This document shows, one piece after another, positions 27,486 to 37,688 of a DNA stretch of 54,640 nucleotides. The stretch's first letter is position 1. The number at the start of each line of letters is the position of its first letter. Below the pieces are notes generated by a model. It saw nothing but the letters and a program-made list of their open reading frames with translations. It ran no database searches and was not told where the DNA came from. The position numbers and the translations under genes are program-made. This DNA is from Minisyncoccia bacterium. Lineage in GTDB: Bacteria; Patescibacteriota; Minisyncoccia; Phycocordibacterales; JAACPR01. The DNA is taken from contig JBLINH010000002.1 in NCBI GenBank assembly GCA_047639165.1, forward strand, positions 1-54,640, written 5' to 3'.

Positions 27486-29222
27486 CTAATTCTTTTTAAA
27501 CATACTCCAAACTGTATCTGTAACTAAATACCATTCATTAATGTTCAAGAACCTTTCAGAAGGAGTGGTGATGTTTTCTGTTATCTTTCCTTTAAGTTCC
27601 TCGGGTACAACATAAGTGAAGAATGGTGAGTACAAAAATACTGCAGGGATGTCTTTGATAATATTTTTTTCGATCTCTCTATATGTTTCAATTCTTTCTT
27701 CTTTCTCATCAAGAACTCTAGCTTTTTCTATTAGTTTATCTACATCAATGTTTGCATAATCTGCAATGTTTAATCCTGGATCATTTCTTTGTGATGAATG
27801 CCAAAAAGCATAGAGATCTAAATCACGACCTATTATCTCACCAAAGAGCAGGGCATCATATTTTCTTGCTCTAATTACATTCTGATTTAGATCGTTTGGT
27901 TCGAATACCTTTAATTCTACATCAGCACCGATATCTCTCCAGGATCTAACGATGACTTCAGCTACTTGAATTAATTCAGGTACGTTTGCTGTTGATATTG
28001 AGAAAGACAATATTTCATTTTTCTTCTGCATAACTCCTTCATCATTCAAATCCCATCCATTATCGATCAAGATCTCGATAGCTTCATCGGTGTGGTTTAT
28101 CTCAGTTCCTTCCTCTCCATCTGCTAATGTTTCGTATGGAATGGTACTTGGTGGTATAGGACTGTCTGATATCTGTCCAAACCCCTTGAGAACTTCATCG
28201 ATGAGACTTTGTTTCGATATTGCAGTATTAAGGGCATTTCGTACTCCTTTGTTTGCAAGTACAGGAGCCTGACTTTGATTGAAGAATACTCCAAATATTC
28301 TTGGGAGGGTTACTCTTTCTACTCGGTAATCCTCATCTAATGATAGTGCACTAGACGGAGAAATACTGTGAGCTGATGTGATTATTTCGTCGTCTAGTGC
28401 AAGAAGTAGTTCCTCTTCGTTTTTGAAGAAGTACATTTTTATATCTTCTATATATGGTTTTCCAAGAACGAAATCATCAAAAGCTTTTAGGGAATACTGA
28501 GTAGCGATACCAGTAGAGTTTTCTTTCACACCGTCTACTCTATATGGTCCTGAACCAATTGGTTCAGTGTTGAAGATTGTGAAAGCAAATTCATCACTAG
28601 TTACTTTTTCCCAAAGATGCTTTGGAAGAATACCCATTGTAGTGTTAAAGATGAAAGGTGAATATTGTTGACTTAGTACAAACTTAATCTCCATATCACT
28701 TACTTGTTCAACTATGACACTATCCCAGTTAGCTCTTTTGGGAGATTTGATTGTAGGATCTTGAGTTCTTGAAATTGTGAAAATAATATCTTCCGTAGTT
28801 ACTTTTTCTCCATCATGAAACTTTGCATTTTCTTTTATCTTGAAAGTATATTCCAATCCATCTTCTGAGATACTATATTCTTCTGCAAGATCTGTAATTA
28901 GTTCACCTTCTGGTGTGATTCTCATCAACCCTGAATATACAAGTGTTGAAAGATCTCTATCAGTTTCTGAAAGAGCTAGTACTGGATTTATGAATCGGGG
29001 TGTTCCTATCACTCCTTCTTTGAGTGATCCTCCAAATCTTGGAATTTCTACAAGAAATTGAGCATTTACTTTAAGTAGTGCTGAAAGGGAGGAGATTATG
29101 AAGAGTAGTGCGAATACAGAGAAAATAGCCTTTTCTGTAAGAGAAAGGGACTTAATAATAGAAGCTAGTTTTGCTAACTGTTTTCTAATTTTTTTATTCA
29201 GTAATTTAGAAGTATTCTTCAC
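27486..29222 (-). CDS. ABC transporter substrate-binding protein, family 5 (peptide/nickel type), TM-anchored
   Basis: Length and motifs match the SBP_bac_5 family, with an N-terminal TM anchor. No permease or ATPase genes lie adjacent. Confidence 0.75.
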   Translation of the reverse strand: MKNTSKLLNKKIRKQLAKLASIIKSLSLTEKAIFSVFALLFIISSLSALLKVNAQFLVEIPRFGGSLKEGVIGTPRFINPVLALSETDRDLSTLVYSGLMRITPEGELITDLAEEYSISEDGLEYTFKIKENAKFHDGEKVTTEDIIFTISRTQDPTIKSPKRANWDSVIVEQVSDMEIKFVLSQQYSPFIFNTTMGILPKHLWEKVTSDEFAFTIFNTEPIGSGPYRVDGVKENSTGIATQYSLKAFDDFVLGKPYIEDIKMYFFKNEEELLLALDDEIITSAHSISPSSALSLDEDYRVERVTLPRIFGVFFNQSQAPVLANKGVRNALNTAISKQSLIDEVLKGFGQISDSPIPPSTIPYETLADGEEGTEINHTDEAIEILIDNGWDLNDEGVMQKKNEILSFSISTANVPELIQVAEVIVRSWRDIGADVELKVFEPNDLNQNVIRARKYDALLFGEIIGRDLDLYAFWHSSQRNDPGLNIADYANIDVDKLIEKARVLDEKEERIETYREIEKNIIKDIPAVFLYSPFFTYVVPEELKGKITENITTPSERFLNINEWYLVTDTVWSMFKKN

Positions 29223-29240
29223 GAAATGAAAAGTGATACC

Positions 29241-29468
29241 TTATTGAATAAGGAAAGCGATGAATGAAGAGAGTGTAAACAACACTGCTAAAATTATAGT
29301 ACCGTTGAATAGTATCTTTTCAAATCCTCGTCTTGTGTTAAATCCAGCATCTGGACTATCAGAACCACCAAAAGCTCCACCCAGTCCTGCTGCTGAGGAC
29401 TGGAGTAAAATTGCTATTATTAGAGCCACAGATAGTATTATCTGTATGATTGGCAGGGTTGAAGCCAT
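29241..29468 (-). CDS. secG: preprotein translocase subunit SecG
   Basis: 75 aa with two TM helices and LLQSSAAGLGGAFGG. Confidence 0.85.
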   Translation of the reverse strand: MASTLPIIQIILSVALIIAILLQSSAAGLGGAFGGSDSPDAGFNTRRGFEKILFNGTIILAVLFTLSSFIAFLIQ

Positions 29469-29802
29469 AGTGTTAAAAGATTAACATAGATGAAAATAAA
29501 TGCAATATATATGAAAAACCCCGTACATATCTGGTCTGTAACGGGGCAACTCTGTTTTGAAACAGATGATAAATTATTTTAATAAACTAATTATAAACAA
29601 TATTACTACAAAAATACATCACTAAACTTGTTTATTATATGTGAAGTAATATAGATAAAAAATATGGAGCACTAGCTACATATAATAAGTTAATAAAATG
29701 TGAAAGTATAATTAATAATATCCCTCCACTCATGTCAACCAAACCAAAAGGAACAAAAGTCAATATTGCGGAGAACTCAAGCTCGGTAGATAATGAGTTG
29801 GT

Positions 29803-30417
29803 ATGAGAGAAATAATAGACAGAATAAAAAACGCAGACACACGAGTACAACTCGTGGTTCTGGCGATTATCGTATTAATAGTAATTTTTATCGGGTTTGA
29901 TAGATTTGAAGGGTCAGACGACCAACTTGGTTTAGATAATAACCTTCCAGAAGATATTGATGCTGGACTTGATGGAGCACTTCTTGGAGGTGAAACAAAT
30001 ACATCTGGAAACGTTCCAAATCTAAACAATGGTCGAGTAGTGAAGGTAGCCCTATTAGCTGGGTCTTTTTACGACATTGATTTTGACGGTAAGAAAAGAG
30101 CATGCGACACGGTAGTAATGGTTGATCATAGTATCTCCAATACGAGAGCAGTCCTAAATGGTTCACTTAATGCACTATTTACAGAAGACATTAGAACAGA
30201 TTTCCTTCCAGGAAACTTTATCTCTACTCAAGATAGCTTGAAATTTGATGAAGCCAGGATTGATTCTGGAGTTGCTAAGGTCTTCCTTTCAGGTTCAGCT
30301 GGACCGGTTGCAGGGGAATGTGACGGAGACAGAGCGAAAATTCAAATTGAAGAAACTGCATTACAATTTAATACAGTTACGTCTGTTGAGGTATATCTAA
30401 ATGGTGAGAGAATCTAA
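29803..30417 (+). CDS. membrane-anchored GerMN-like domain protein
   Basis: TM anchor, a linker, and a C-terminal domain pattern similar to GerMN. Tentative. Confidence 0.45.
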   Translation: MREIIDRIKNADTRVQLVVLAIIVLIVIFIGFDRFEGSDDQLGLDNNLPEDIDAGLDGALLGGETNTSGNVPNLNNGRVVKVALLAGSFYDIDFDGKKRACDTVVMVDHSISNTRAVLNGSLNALFTEDIRTDFLPGNFISTQDSLKFDEARIDSGVAKVFLSGSAGPVAGECDGDRAKIQIEETALQFNTVTSVEVYLNGERI

Positions 30418-30489
30418 TTAGAGTCTTCACTTTCTTTGAAAGAGTCTGGTAATTGCCAGGCTCTTTCTTTTTGACTGACTGAAGGTATA

Positions 30490-31080
30490 ATGTGGGTATT
30501 AGAAATAACCTTACCTATAATGACTACAATAATTGTATTAGGAGTAATAGTTGTCGCAATCCTATGGATTGTCGGAGCTTACAACAAATTTATAAAGCTT
30601 ATCAACAGAGCTAAAGAAGCTTGGTCTGATATTGAAGTTCAACTTAAAAGGAGATATGATCTTATCCCAAACCTAATAAGTACAGTTAAGGGATATGCAT
30701 CACATGAGGCTGGAACTCTTCAAAAGGTTACAGAAGCTAGAACAGCTGCTATGGGAGCTCAATCAGTAGAGGAGCACGCTCAAGCTGAGAATATGCTAAC
30801 AGGAGCACTTAAGTCAGTATTCGCTCTATCAGAAGGATACCCAGACCTTAAGGCTAGTGAAAACTTTGTAGAATTACAAAAAGAACTATCAGATACAGAA
30901 AACAAGATTCAAGCATCACGAAGGTTCTACAACACAAACGTTAGAGACCTTAATATCGGTGTGCAGTCATTCCCCGGGAGTATAATCGCAAATGTATTCA
31001 AGTTTGAAGAGATGAACCTATTCGAGCTTTCAGAAGACGAAAGAGAGGTTGCAGAGAAAGCACCTGAGGTAAAGTTCTAA
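30490..31080 (+). CDS. LemA family protein
   Basis: TM anchor plus YNKFIKL...RRYDLIPNL...RRFYN. An alternative start lies at 30520. Confidence 0.9.
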   Translation: MWVLEITLPIMTTIIVLGVIVVAILWIVGAYNKFIKLINRAKEAWSDIEVQLKRRYDLIPNLISTVKGYASHEAGTLQKVTEARTAAMGAQSVEEHAQAENMLTGALKSVFALSEGYPDLKASENFVELQKELSDTENKIQASRRFYNTNVRDLNIGVQSFPGSIIANVFKFEEMNLFELSEDEREVAEKAPEVKF

Positions 31081-31093
31081 TTTATACATATAT

Positions 31094-31417
31094 ATGAAGA
31101 AGATATATAACAAGCTTGTTAGAGATCGAATTCCTGAAATTCTAGAAGGAAAGGAATTAGATTTTGAGGTAAGTAAGTTAAATCAAAAAGACTTCAAATT
31201 GGAGTTGTTGAATAAGTTGGTTGAAGAAGTGAAAGAAGTTAAGGAATCCAAGGATAAAAAAGAGTTAGTCGAGGAACTAGCAGACGTTCAAGAAGTGATG
31301 CTATCAATATATGATGCTTACAAAATTGAATGTAGTGATGTTACTAAACTTGCTCGAAAGAAGAGGAAGGAGAGGGGAGGATTTACTAAAAAAGTTTTCC
31401 TTAAGTACGTGAAATAA
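31094..31417 (+). CDS. MazG-like nucleoside triphosphate pyrophosphohydrolase (small all-alpha type)
   Basis: YNKLVRDRIPEI...EELADVQEV pattern. Confidence 0.65.
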   Translation: MKKIYNKLVRDRIPEILEGKELDFEVSKLNQKDFKLELLNKLVEEVKEVKESKDKKELVEELADVQEVMLSIYDAYKIECSDVTKLARKKRKERGGFTKKVFLKYVK

Positions 31418-31418
31418 T

Positions 31419-32333
31419 ATGGCAGCAAACCTATACACAAATCAAAGTACTAATATGAGAAAGACATGGGTATTAATGTCTATGTTTTTCGTTATAGTCA
31501 TCTTGCTTGGTTGGTTTGTAAGTTATTACTTTCAAAACCCAGGAATACTTTTCTTTGCAGTAATCTTTAGTATCTTTATGAATATTTTCAGTTATTGGTA
31601 TTCAGACAAGATTGTTTTGAAGATGAGTGGAGCAAAGGAAGCTTCAAAAGAAAAATATTGGGACCTTTACACCACAGTTGAAAACCTATCTATCACTGCA
31701 GGACTTCCAATGCCAAAGATATATGTAATAGAGGAACCGGTCCCTAATGCCTTTGCAACAGGAAGAGACAAAGATCATGCGGTGGTTGCTTTTACTACAG
31801 GAATTCTTTCACTTCTGAACAAAACAGAGCTTGAAGGTGTTGTAGCACATGAGCTTTCACATATTGGAAACAGAGATATACTCCTGCAAACAGTAGTAGT
31901 TGTACTTGTTGGTTTCGTTACATTGCTAGCCGATTTCTTTTTAAGAGTGTCATTATATGGTGGAGGAAACAGAAACAGTGAAGGAGGAGGAAAGATGCAG
32001 ATGGTCCTTCTTGTCATAGGAGTAGTGTTTGTACTATTGTCACCGGTAATTGCGACTCTTATACAATTAGCTATTTCAAGAAAGAGAGAATTCTTGGCAG
32101 ATGCATCTGGGGCTATGTTAACAAGATATCCAGAAGGATTAGCTTCTGCACTTGAGAAAATATCGGGACATGGTGGTAAGATGAAGAAGGCTAACCACGC
32201 TACTGCACATCTTTTTATCTCCGACCCATATGGTGGTAAGAAGAAAAAGATATCTTTCCTTCATAAGATCTTTCTTACACATCCTCCAGTTGAAGAAAGA
32301 GTTGGTTCACTTCGTGGTCATAGAAACGCATGA
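31419..32333 (+). CDS. htpX: M48 zinc metalloprotease HtpX
   Basis: HELSHIGNRD (HExxH), four TM helices and EFLAD. Confidence 0.9.
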   Translation: MAANLYTNQSTNMRKTWVLMSMFFVIVILLGWFVSYYFQNPGILFFAVIFSIFMNIFSYWYSDKIVLKMSGAKEASKEKYWDLYTTVENLSITAGLPMPKIYVIEEPVPNAFATGRDKDHAVVAFTTGILSLLNKTELEGVVAHELSHIGNRDILLQTVVVVLVGFVTLLADFFLRVSLYGGGNRNSEGGGKMQMVLLVIGVVFVLLSPVIATLIQLAISRKREFLADASGAMLTRYPEGLASALEKISGHGGKMKKANHATAHLFISDPYGGKKKKISFLHKIFLTHPPVEERVGSLRGHRNA

Positions 32334-32899
32334 ATAAGATAACAATAATTGATAAGGCTATAAAATACACCTTCCTTTGGTTCATCCCAATGAAAGTACA
32401 GCCTAATCATGTCACTATCTTTAGGTTTCTGACTATTCCTTTTGTAATATATTTCATAGTTCTAGAGAACTATGTGATTGGTATACCGCTTTTTGTAATA
32501 TCAGCATTTTCAGATGCAATTGATGGTGCAATGGCAAGAACAAGAGATCAGATAACAGAATGGGGAAGCACCTTCGATCCTGTTGCTGATAAGTTACTGA
32601 TCGGATCTCTTGCAGCTATTTTAGTTTCAAAAGAAATTGATCCTATCTTGGCTTTTGTTATTATCTTTCTTGAAGTACTAATTGTTATGTCTGCAATCTA
32701 CAAGAAGAAGAAATATCAAAGTCCAATTGAAGCCAAAAAAGCAGGGAAAGCTAAAATGATATTCCAATCATTCGGTATTGGTTTTCTTCTCTTGTTCCTT
32801 GCAGTGAGTGCACCGTGGATGTTTCTTTTAGCTAAGAGTTTATTATATGTTTCTGTGGTCTTCGCATTGCTATCTTTATTTGTGTACAAGTCAGCATAG
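32330..32899 (+). CDS. CDP-alcohol phosphatidyltransferase family protein
   Basis: DAIDGAMAR...G..FDPVADK motif. Confidence 0.85.
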   Translation: MNKITIIDKAIKYTFLWFIPMKVQPNHVTIFRFLTIPFVIYFIVLENYVIGIPLFVISAFSDAIDGAMARTRDQITEWGSTFDPVADKLLIGSLAAILVSKEIDPILAFVIIFLEVLIVMSAIYKKKKYQSPIEAKKAGKAKMIFQSFGIGFLLLFLAVSAPWMFLLAKSLLYVSVVFALLSLFVYKSA

Positions 32900-32901
32900 A
32901 T

Positions 32902-33102
32902 ATGAAACTAGGAAAATATAAACACTACAAAGGAAAAGAATATGAGGTTATTAGTGTAGCTAAACATTCAGAGACTTTAGAGGAGCTCGTAGTATATAAA
33001 GCTTTATATAACGACTCTGTCTGGGCTAGACCTCTTGATATGTTTGAAGAGAAAATGGTTGTAGATGGAAAAGAAGTGTATAGATTTGAATATATAGGAT
33101 AA
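32902..33102 (+). CDS. DUF1653 domain protein
   Basis: YKHYKGKEYEVI...HSETLEELVVYKALY...WARPLDMF. Confidence 0.7.
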   Translation: MKLGKYKHYKGKEYEVISVAKHSETLEELVVYKALYNDSVWARPLDMFEEKMVVDGKEVYRFEYIG

Positions 33103-33126
33103 GAGTTTGATACAATATATTTATAT

Positions 33127-33310
33127 ATGAAAAAAAATACTCTCATTAATTCTAGTTTTTTTGGGCTTTCTGCGTGAGCTTATTTTTTTGGTTGGTGTTT
33201 TTGCTATTCCAGAATACGAAGGTTACTATAATAAAAACTACGATTATGATACCGAGTTAGTTTTTGAGGAGTTAGTAAATATTTCAAATATACCAAGAGA
33301 CAGATATTGA
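33127..33310 (+). pseudogene. small membrane-protein gene disrupted at an A8 tract
   Basis: The ATG is followed by A8. As read, the frame stops after 16 codons. One A fewer would give about 60 aa: MKKILSLILVFLGFLRELIFLVGVFAIPEYEGYYNKNYDYDTELVFEELVNISNIPRDRY. Confidence 0.3.
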
Positions 33311-33453
33311 GTCGGCAGTGTTACTATAACTGAAAGGAATCATGATTTTATCTCTTGGACTTCATACCTTTGCAGGTAGAAATAATCATTCAGTAATGAT
33401 ATTGAATGATTTAAAGAAATCATTAATACAAAGATATATAGCAGACCTATACT

Positions 33454-33834
33454 ATGGAAAATAATTGGAAAGAAAAATTAGATGACGAGACATATCATGT
33501 TACCCGAGAAAAAGGAACAGAAGCTCCTTTCACTGGTAAGTATCATGACCATAAAGAAAAAGGAAAGTACACATGTTCAAACTGTGGTAAAGAAATTTTC
33601 TCTTCTAAGAATAAATATGATTCAGGGAGTGGTTGGCCAAGTTTTGATCAGCCTGTAAGTGATGACAATATCAGGTATGTTCCTGATAGTTCAGGTGGTA
33701 TGGAAAGAATGGAAGTAATATGTGAGCATTGTAGTGCTCACTTGGGGCATGTGTTCAGTGATGGTCCTACTGAAACTACGGGTAGGAGATATTGTATAAA
33801 TTCGCTATCATTGGGTTTCAAGAAAGATGAATGA
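33454..33834 (+). CDS. msrB: peptide-methionine (R)-S-oxide reductase MsrB
   Basis: GTEAPFTGKY, CSNCG, GWPSF and CEHCSAHLGHVFSDGP. Confidence 0.95.
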   Translation: MENNWKEKLDDETYHVTREKGTEAPFTGKYHDHKEKGKYTCSNCGKEIFSSKNKYDSGSGWPSFDQPVSDDNIRYVPDSSGGMERMEVICEHCSAHLGHVFSDGPTETTGRRYCINSLSLGFKKDE

Positions 33835-34348
33835 AGAATCACTTACAAACTTAATAGCCCTTCTAGGTATCGCAGCACACATATTTATGCTTGTGGTGGC
33901 TGTTCTTTTGATGACAGGTAAAAAGATTAAGGCATTAGATTTTCTGGGAAAGAATGGAATTATTCTAGCTTTCATAGTTTCTCTAACTGCTATGTTGGGA
34001 AGTTTATATTATTCAGAGATAGTAGGGTATGAACCCTGTACACTTTGTTGGTATCAAAGGATATTCTCATACCCATCTGTATTTATTCTAGCTGTTGCTC
34101 TTTGGAACAGGAAAAAGGATATCATTCCCTATGTAATGTTTCTTTCGGGTATTGGAGCTGTTATCGCTCTATATCATAGCTATATCCAGATTCAGCAAAT
34201 TACGTCTGTTGTTTGTGGAGTTGGGGAGTATGTATCTTGTGAAGAAACATATTTTCTTCTGTACGGATATGTGACTATACCAATACTATCTTTAACCACC
34301 TTTTTATTAACAATGTTATTCCTTCACCTTTCAAAAGAAAATGCTTAG
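33827..34348 (+). CDS. disulfide bond formation protein, DsbB/BdbC type
   Basis: CTLCWYQRIF, a second Cys pair (CGVGEYVSC) and four TM helices. Confidence 0.8.
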   Translation: MNEESLTNLIALLGIAAHIFMLVVAVLLMTGKKIKALDFLGKNGIILAFIVSLTAMLGSLYYSEIVGYEPCTLCWYQRIFSYPSVFILAVALWNRKKDIIPYVMFLSGIGAVIALYHSYIQIQQITSVVCGVGEYVSCEETYFLLYGYVTIPILSLTTFLLTMLFLHLSKENA

Positions 34349-34805
34349 TCTTATTACATGGCCTATAAAGGTTTTTATAAAATTAGTTGTTATATTTTCA
34401 ATTATATTATCTATATTTCTGTACCTTGTATTATCAGGTGGTGATGATTTAAGTTACGCTACAAGAGATATAGGTATCAATGAAAAAACTATAAGTGTTC
34501 AATTATCTGACAATGATGAAAAAAGAACTAAAGGGTTAAGTGGTAGAGAAGAGCTGAGTGGTGGAATGTTGTTTGTTTTCGATAAGGAAGATCTCTACGG
34601 GATCTGGATGAAGGATATGAATTTCTCACTTGATATTATCTGGATGAATGATGATAGAGAAATTGTTCATATTGAAAAAGGTGTAAGTCCTGATACTTTC
34701 CCTAAGGTGTTTAAACCGACTGCAGAATCTTTATATGTTTTAGAGGTTAATAGTGGTTTTGTGGAGGAAGAGGGTATTGAAGTTGGACAGGTGTTTACAT
34801 TTTAA
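34341..34805 (+). CDS. DUF192 domain protein
   Basis: GLSGRE...GMLFVF...IWMKDMNFSLDIIWM pattern. Confidence 0.75.
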   Translation: MLSLITWPIKVFIKLVVIFSIILSIFLYLVLSGGDDLSYATRDIGINEKTISVQLSDNDEKRTKGLSGREELSGGMLFVFDKEDLYGIWMKDMNFSLDIIWMNDDREIVHIEKGVSPDTFPKVFKPTAESLYVLEVNSGFVEEEGIEVGQVFTF

Positions 34806-34829
34806 ATATTTGTTATATAATACTATACG

Positions 34830-35144
34830 AACTACATTGGGTAATCGCTAAGTCTTTGACTTAGAGGAAAGTCCGGACACTCACAATTTAATTGTAGAAG
34901 GGTAGCGGGTAACGCCCGTCCAAAGTGATTTGCGAGGTGCGAGCAGAGACGTCTTAATTTGAAAAGATTAAGAATACCTTCGGGTATAGTCCTAGCGGTA
35001 ACGCTGGGGGTGAAACGGCAAAATCCTTACCTGAGTGCAAGGCCGTGTCCATTTATGGAAGTGCCGCTTGATCTTGCAGGCAACTGTAAAGACAGATAAA
35101 TGATTACTACCTTCGGGTACAGAATCCGGCTTACATATGTAGTT
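34830..35144 (+). ncRNA. rnpB: RNase P RNA, bacterial type, compact (about 315 nt)
   Basis: GAGGAAAGTCCGGAC at 34864-34878 and ACAGAATCCGGCTTA at 35119-35133. P1 pairs aactacat with atgtagtt. Confidence 0.9.
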
Positions 35145-35153
35145 TATTGAATG

Positions 35154-35189
35154 AAAGAATTCCACCTAATAGGTGGAATTCTTTCTTTG
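35154..35189 (+). terminator. rho-independent terminator after rnpB
   Basis: 14-bp stem gaaagaattccacc / ggtggaattctttc followed by a T-rich tail. Confidence 0.8.
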
Positions 35190-35276
35190 TATATAAACAG
35201 ACTCTTGTGTATAATTGTTTTTATAAACACATGAAGTGTTAAGGGAGTTTATTAAAAACAAAGAAACAATAAAAAA

Positions 35277-37688
35277 ATGGATGAATCAAATATAGTTCAA
35301 GAACATTCTAGAGCAGAAGGAAAAAAACTGTTTGGGATAAAGTTACCTAAAATTACTTCAATGCCGGCGTACATAGTTATGCTATTAGCGGTCTTGTTAC
35401 CAATAATATTTTTACCAGTATCAGTAACAGGGTTTCAAACTACAAAGGTATTTGTATTTATGACTCTAACTTTACTAACATTAGGATTTTGGGTATTTAC
35501 TAGATTGAAGAATGATACATTTGTTTTACCTTTCAATCTTCTGACACTTTCTATTATTCTAGTACCACTAGTATATTTAATTACTTCGTTATTCTCAGGT
35601 AATGTCAGCGTATCTATTTTAGGTAAGCTATCAGAGATTGATACAACATTAGTGATTGCAACATTATTCGTCTTAATGGGATTGGTTGCTTCGGTATTCC
35701 AAGACTTAGGGAAAACCTTTAAACTTTATAGTGTTATCCTCATCTCATTTTTGATTGTTTCAGTATTTCATATTCTGAGACTTGTATTTCTTGACTTCAT
35801 GCCAAACTTTGGGTTCTTCGGCTCAGTTACCACAAACACTGTAGGTAAATGGAACGATTTAGCTATATTCTCAGGACTTATCATTGTGATGATTCTTACA
35901 ACTCTTGAATCAATCAAATCTAATAGGAACTTCAAGATAGTTCAGTACTCAGCTATGGTTCTCGCCATTGCACTATTGATTTTAGTTAACTTCACACTAG
36001 TGTGGTATTTGGTAGGAATTTTTGCACTTCTGTTCTTTGTATACTTCTTCTCTGTAAACAGGGCAGGTTCAGCTGAAGAGCAAAAACTCCCAGCTACATC
36101 GCTAGTAGTTCTTTTGATTTCTTTCTTCTTTATCATTAGTGGTAGTACAGTAGGTCCTTTTGTTTCAGGAATGTTTAACATAGACTACACAGAAGTAAGA
36201 CCATCTTGGACAGGAACATTCCAAATTGTAAAGAATGTAATGGTGAGTGATCCAATCACAGGAGTTGGTCCAGCTAGATTCTCATCTGCTTGGCAAGATC
36301 ATAAGCCTAGTAATATAAATCAGACTGATTACTGGAATACAGACTTTAGTTATGGAGTTGGATATATTCCGTCATCATTTGCAACTACTGGTATACCAGG
36401 AGTTCTAGCATGGGCATTCTTCTTTGTTATGTTGATAGGAGCTGGATTCAAAGCTCTATTCCAAGAAACTTCAGGAAGGCAAGGTTCAAGATTCATTCTC
36501 GCATCTTCATTCATTGCTTCTCTATATATGTGGGTAACGATGTTTATGTATGTTCCTAGTATGTCTACGTTAGCTTTGACATTCATATTTACAGGTATAT
36601 TTATTAGTTCTCTGTATCGAGATAATCTGTTACGAACAGTTACTTTGGATTTGAAAAACAATGCAAAGTTCGGTTTCCTATATGTGTTCGCACTGGTTCT
36701 AATCTTAGTTGGAGTAGTCGCTTATGAGTTCGACAATATTAAAAGGTTCGCCTCTTCTTATTACTTCCAACAAGCAAACATTGCTTTGAATGTTAATGGT
36801 GATCTTCCTGGCGCTGATGGATATATTAGACAAGCTCTATCTTTCCATAGGAATGATGCATATTACAGATCTCTTTCAGAGTTGAGTAGAATACAAATTA
36901 ATCAATTGATAGCTGATCAAGAAGGTGACCAAGCTACACTTGCAGCACAATTCAGAAATGCTCTATCAAATGCTGTTGCCGGCGGTCAAGCAGCTTTGGA
37001 TTATGATCCAACAAACTATCTAAACTATGTGATATTGGGTGATATCTATCAAACGATAGTTCCACTTGGTGTTGAAGGAGCATATGAGCAATCTAAAACT
37101 CTATACAACTCAGCTATTGAGATTAACTCAAATAATCCAAGTCTAAACCTTTCACTTGCTAGACTAGAACTTGCAAATGGAAACGCAGACGCAGCAAGAG
37201 AAGAAATTGGAAAAGCACTTTCAAAGAAAGTTGATTACACTGATGCAATATTCCTACTATCACAAATTGATGTTTCTGAAGGAAAGACAAGTGATGCTAT
37301 TGCGAATGTAGAATCTGCAGCTGTTATTAAGCCAAACGATCCAATAGTATTCTTCCAATTAGGACTTCTTAGATATTCTAATGAAGAATTTGAGATAGCT
37401 GTTAGCGCTTTTGAAAGAGCTGTTATCCTAAATCCAGTTTATTCAAATGCTAAGTACTTCCTTGGTCTGAGCTATGATCGAGTAGGTAAAACAGAAGATG
37501 CTATCGCACAGTTCGAAGATCTTCAAATTCTAAACCAAGGTAATGAAGAGGTAAACTTTATACTTGAAAATCTAAAACAAGGTAACACACCATTTACAGG
37601 GGCAGAAGCTCCAATTGATAGTCAGCCTGAAAATAGAGACGAACTACCAGTAGATGAGACAGCTGACACAATAGAAGAAGAGGCGTAA
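35277..37688 (+). CDS. O-antigen-ligase-like (Wzy_C) polytopic membrane protein fused to C-terminal TPR repeats
   Basis: About 12 TM helices with the ITGVGPARF loop motif. The C-terminal ~300 aa form TPR-like repeats. Confidence 0.7.
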   Translation: MDESNIVQEHSRAEGKKLFGIKLPKITSMPAYIVMLLAVLLPIIFLPVSVTGFQTTKVFVFMTLTLLTLGFWVFTRLKNDTFVLPFNLLTLSIILVPLVYLITSLFSGNVSVSILGKLSEIDTTLVIATLFVLMGLVASVFQDLGKTFKLYSVILISFLIVSVFHILRLVFLDFMPNFGFFGSVTTNTVGKWNDLAIFSGLIIVMILTTLESIKSNRNFKIVQYSAMVLAIALLILVNFTLVWYLVGIFALLFFVYFFSVNRAGSAEEQKLPATSLVVLLISFFFIISGSTVGPFVSGMFNIDYTEVRPSWTGTFQIVKNVMVSDPITGVGPARFSSAWQDHKPSNINQTDYWNTDFSYGVGYIPSSFATTGIPGVLAWAFFFVMLIGAGFKALFQETSGRQGSRFILASSFIASLYMWVTMFMYVPSMSTLALTFIFTGIFISSLYRDNLLRTVTLDLKNNAKFGFLYVFALVLILVGVVAYEFDNIKRFASSYYFQQANIALNVNGDLPGADGYIRQALSFHRNDAYYRSLSELSRIQINQLIADQEGDQATLAAQFRNALSNAVAGGQAALDYDPTNYLNYVILGDIYQTIVPLGVEGAYEQSKTLYNSAIEINSNNPSLNLSLARLELANGNADAAREEIGKALSKKVDYTDAIFLLSQIDVSEGKTSDAIANVESAAVIKPNDPIVFFQLGLLRYSNEEFEIAVSAFERAVILNPVYSNAKYFLGLSYDRVGKTEDAIAQFEDLQILNQGNEEVNFILENLKQGNTPFTGAEAPIDSQPENRDELPVDETADTIEEEA

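Noticed and set aside
29519-29546. The hairpin ccccgtacatatctggtctgtaacgggg upstream of secG as a small RNA terminator.
   Set aside because: It is an isolated hairpin in an AT-rich spacer. No conserved motif or promoter pairing could be supported.
29635-30029. Two minus-strand ORFs (71 and 89 aa) in and around the secG upstream region.
   Set aside because: One overlaps the GerMN-like gene in antisense, and the other lies in an extremely AT-rich spacer with low-complexity translation. Neither has an SD or a recognisable domain.
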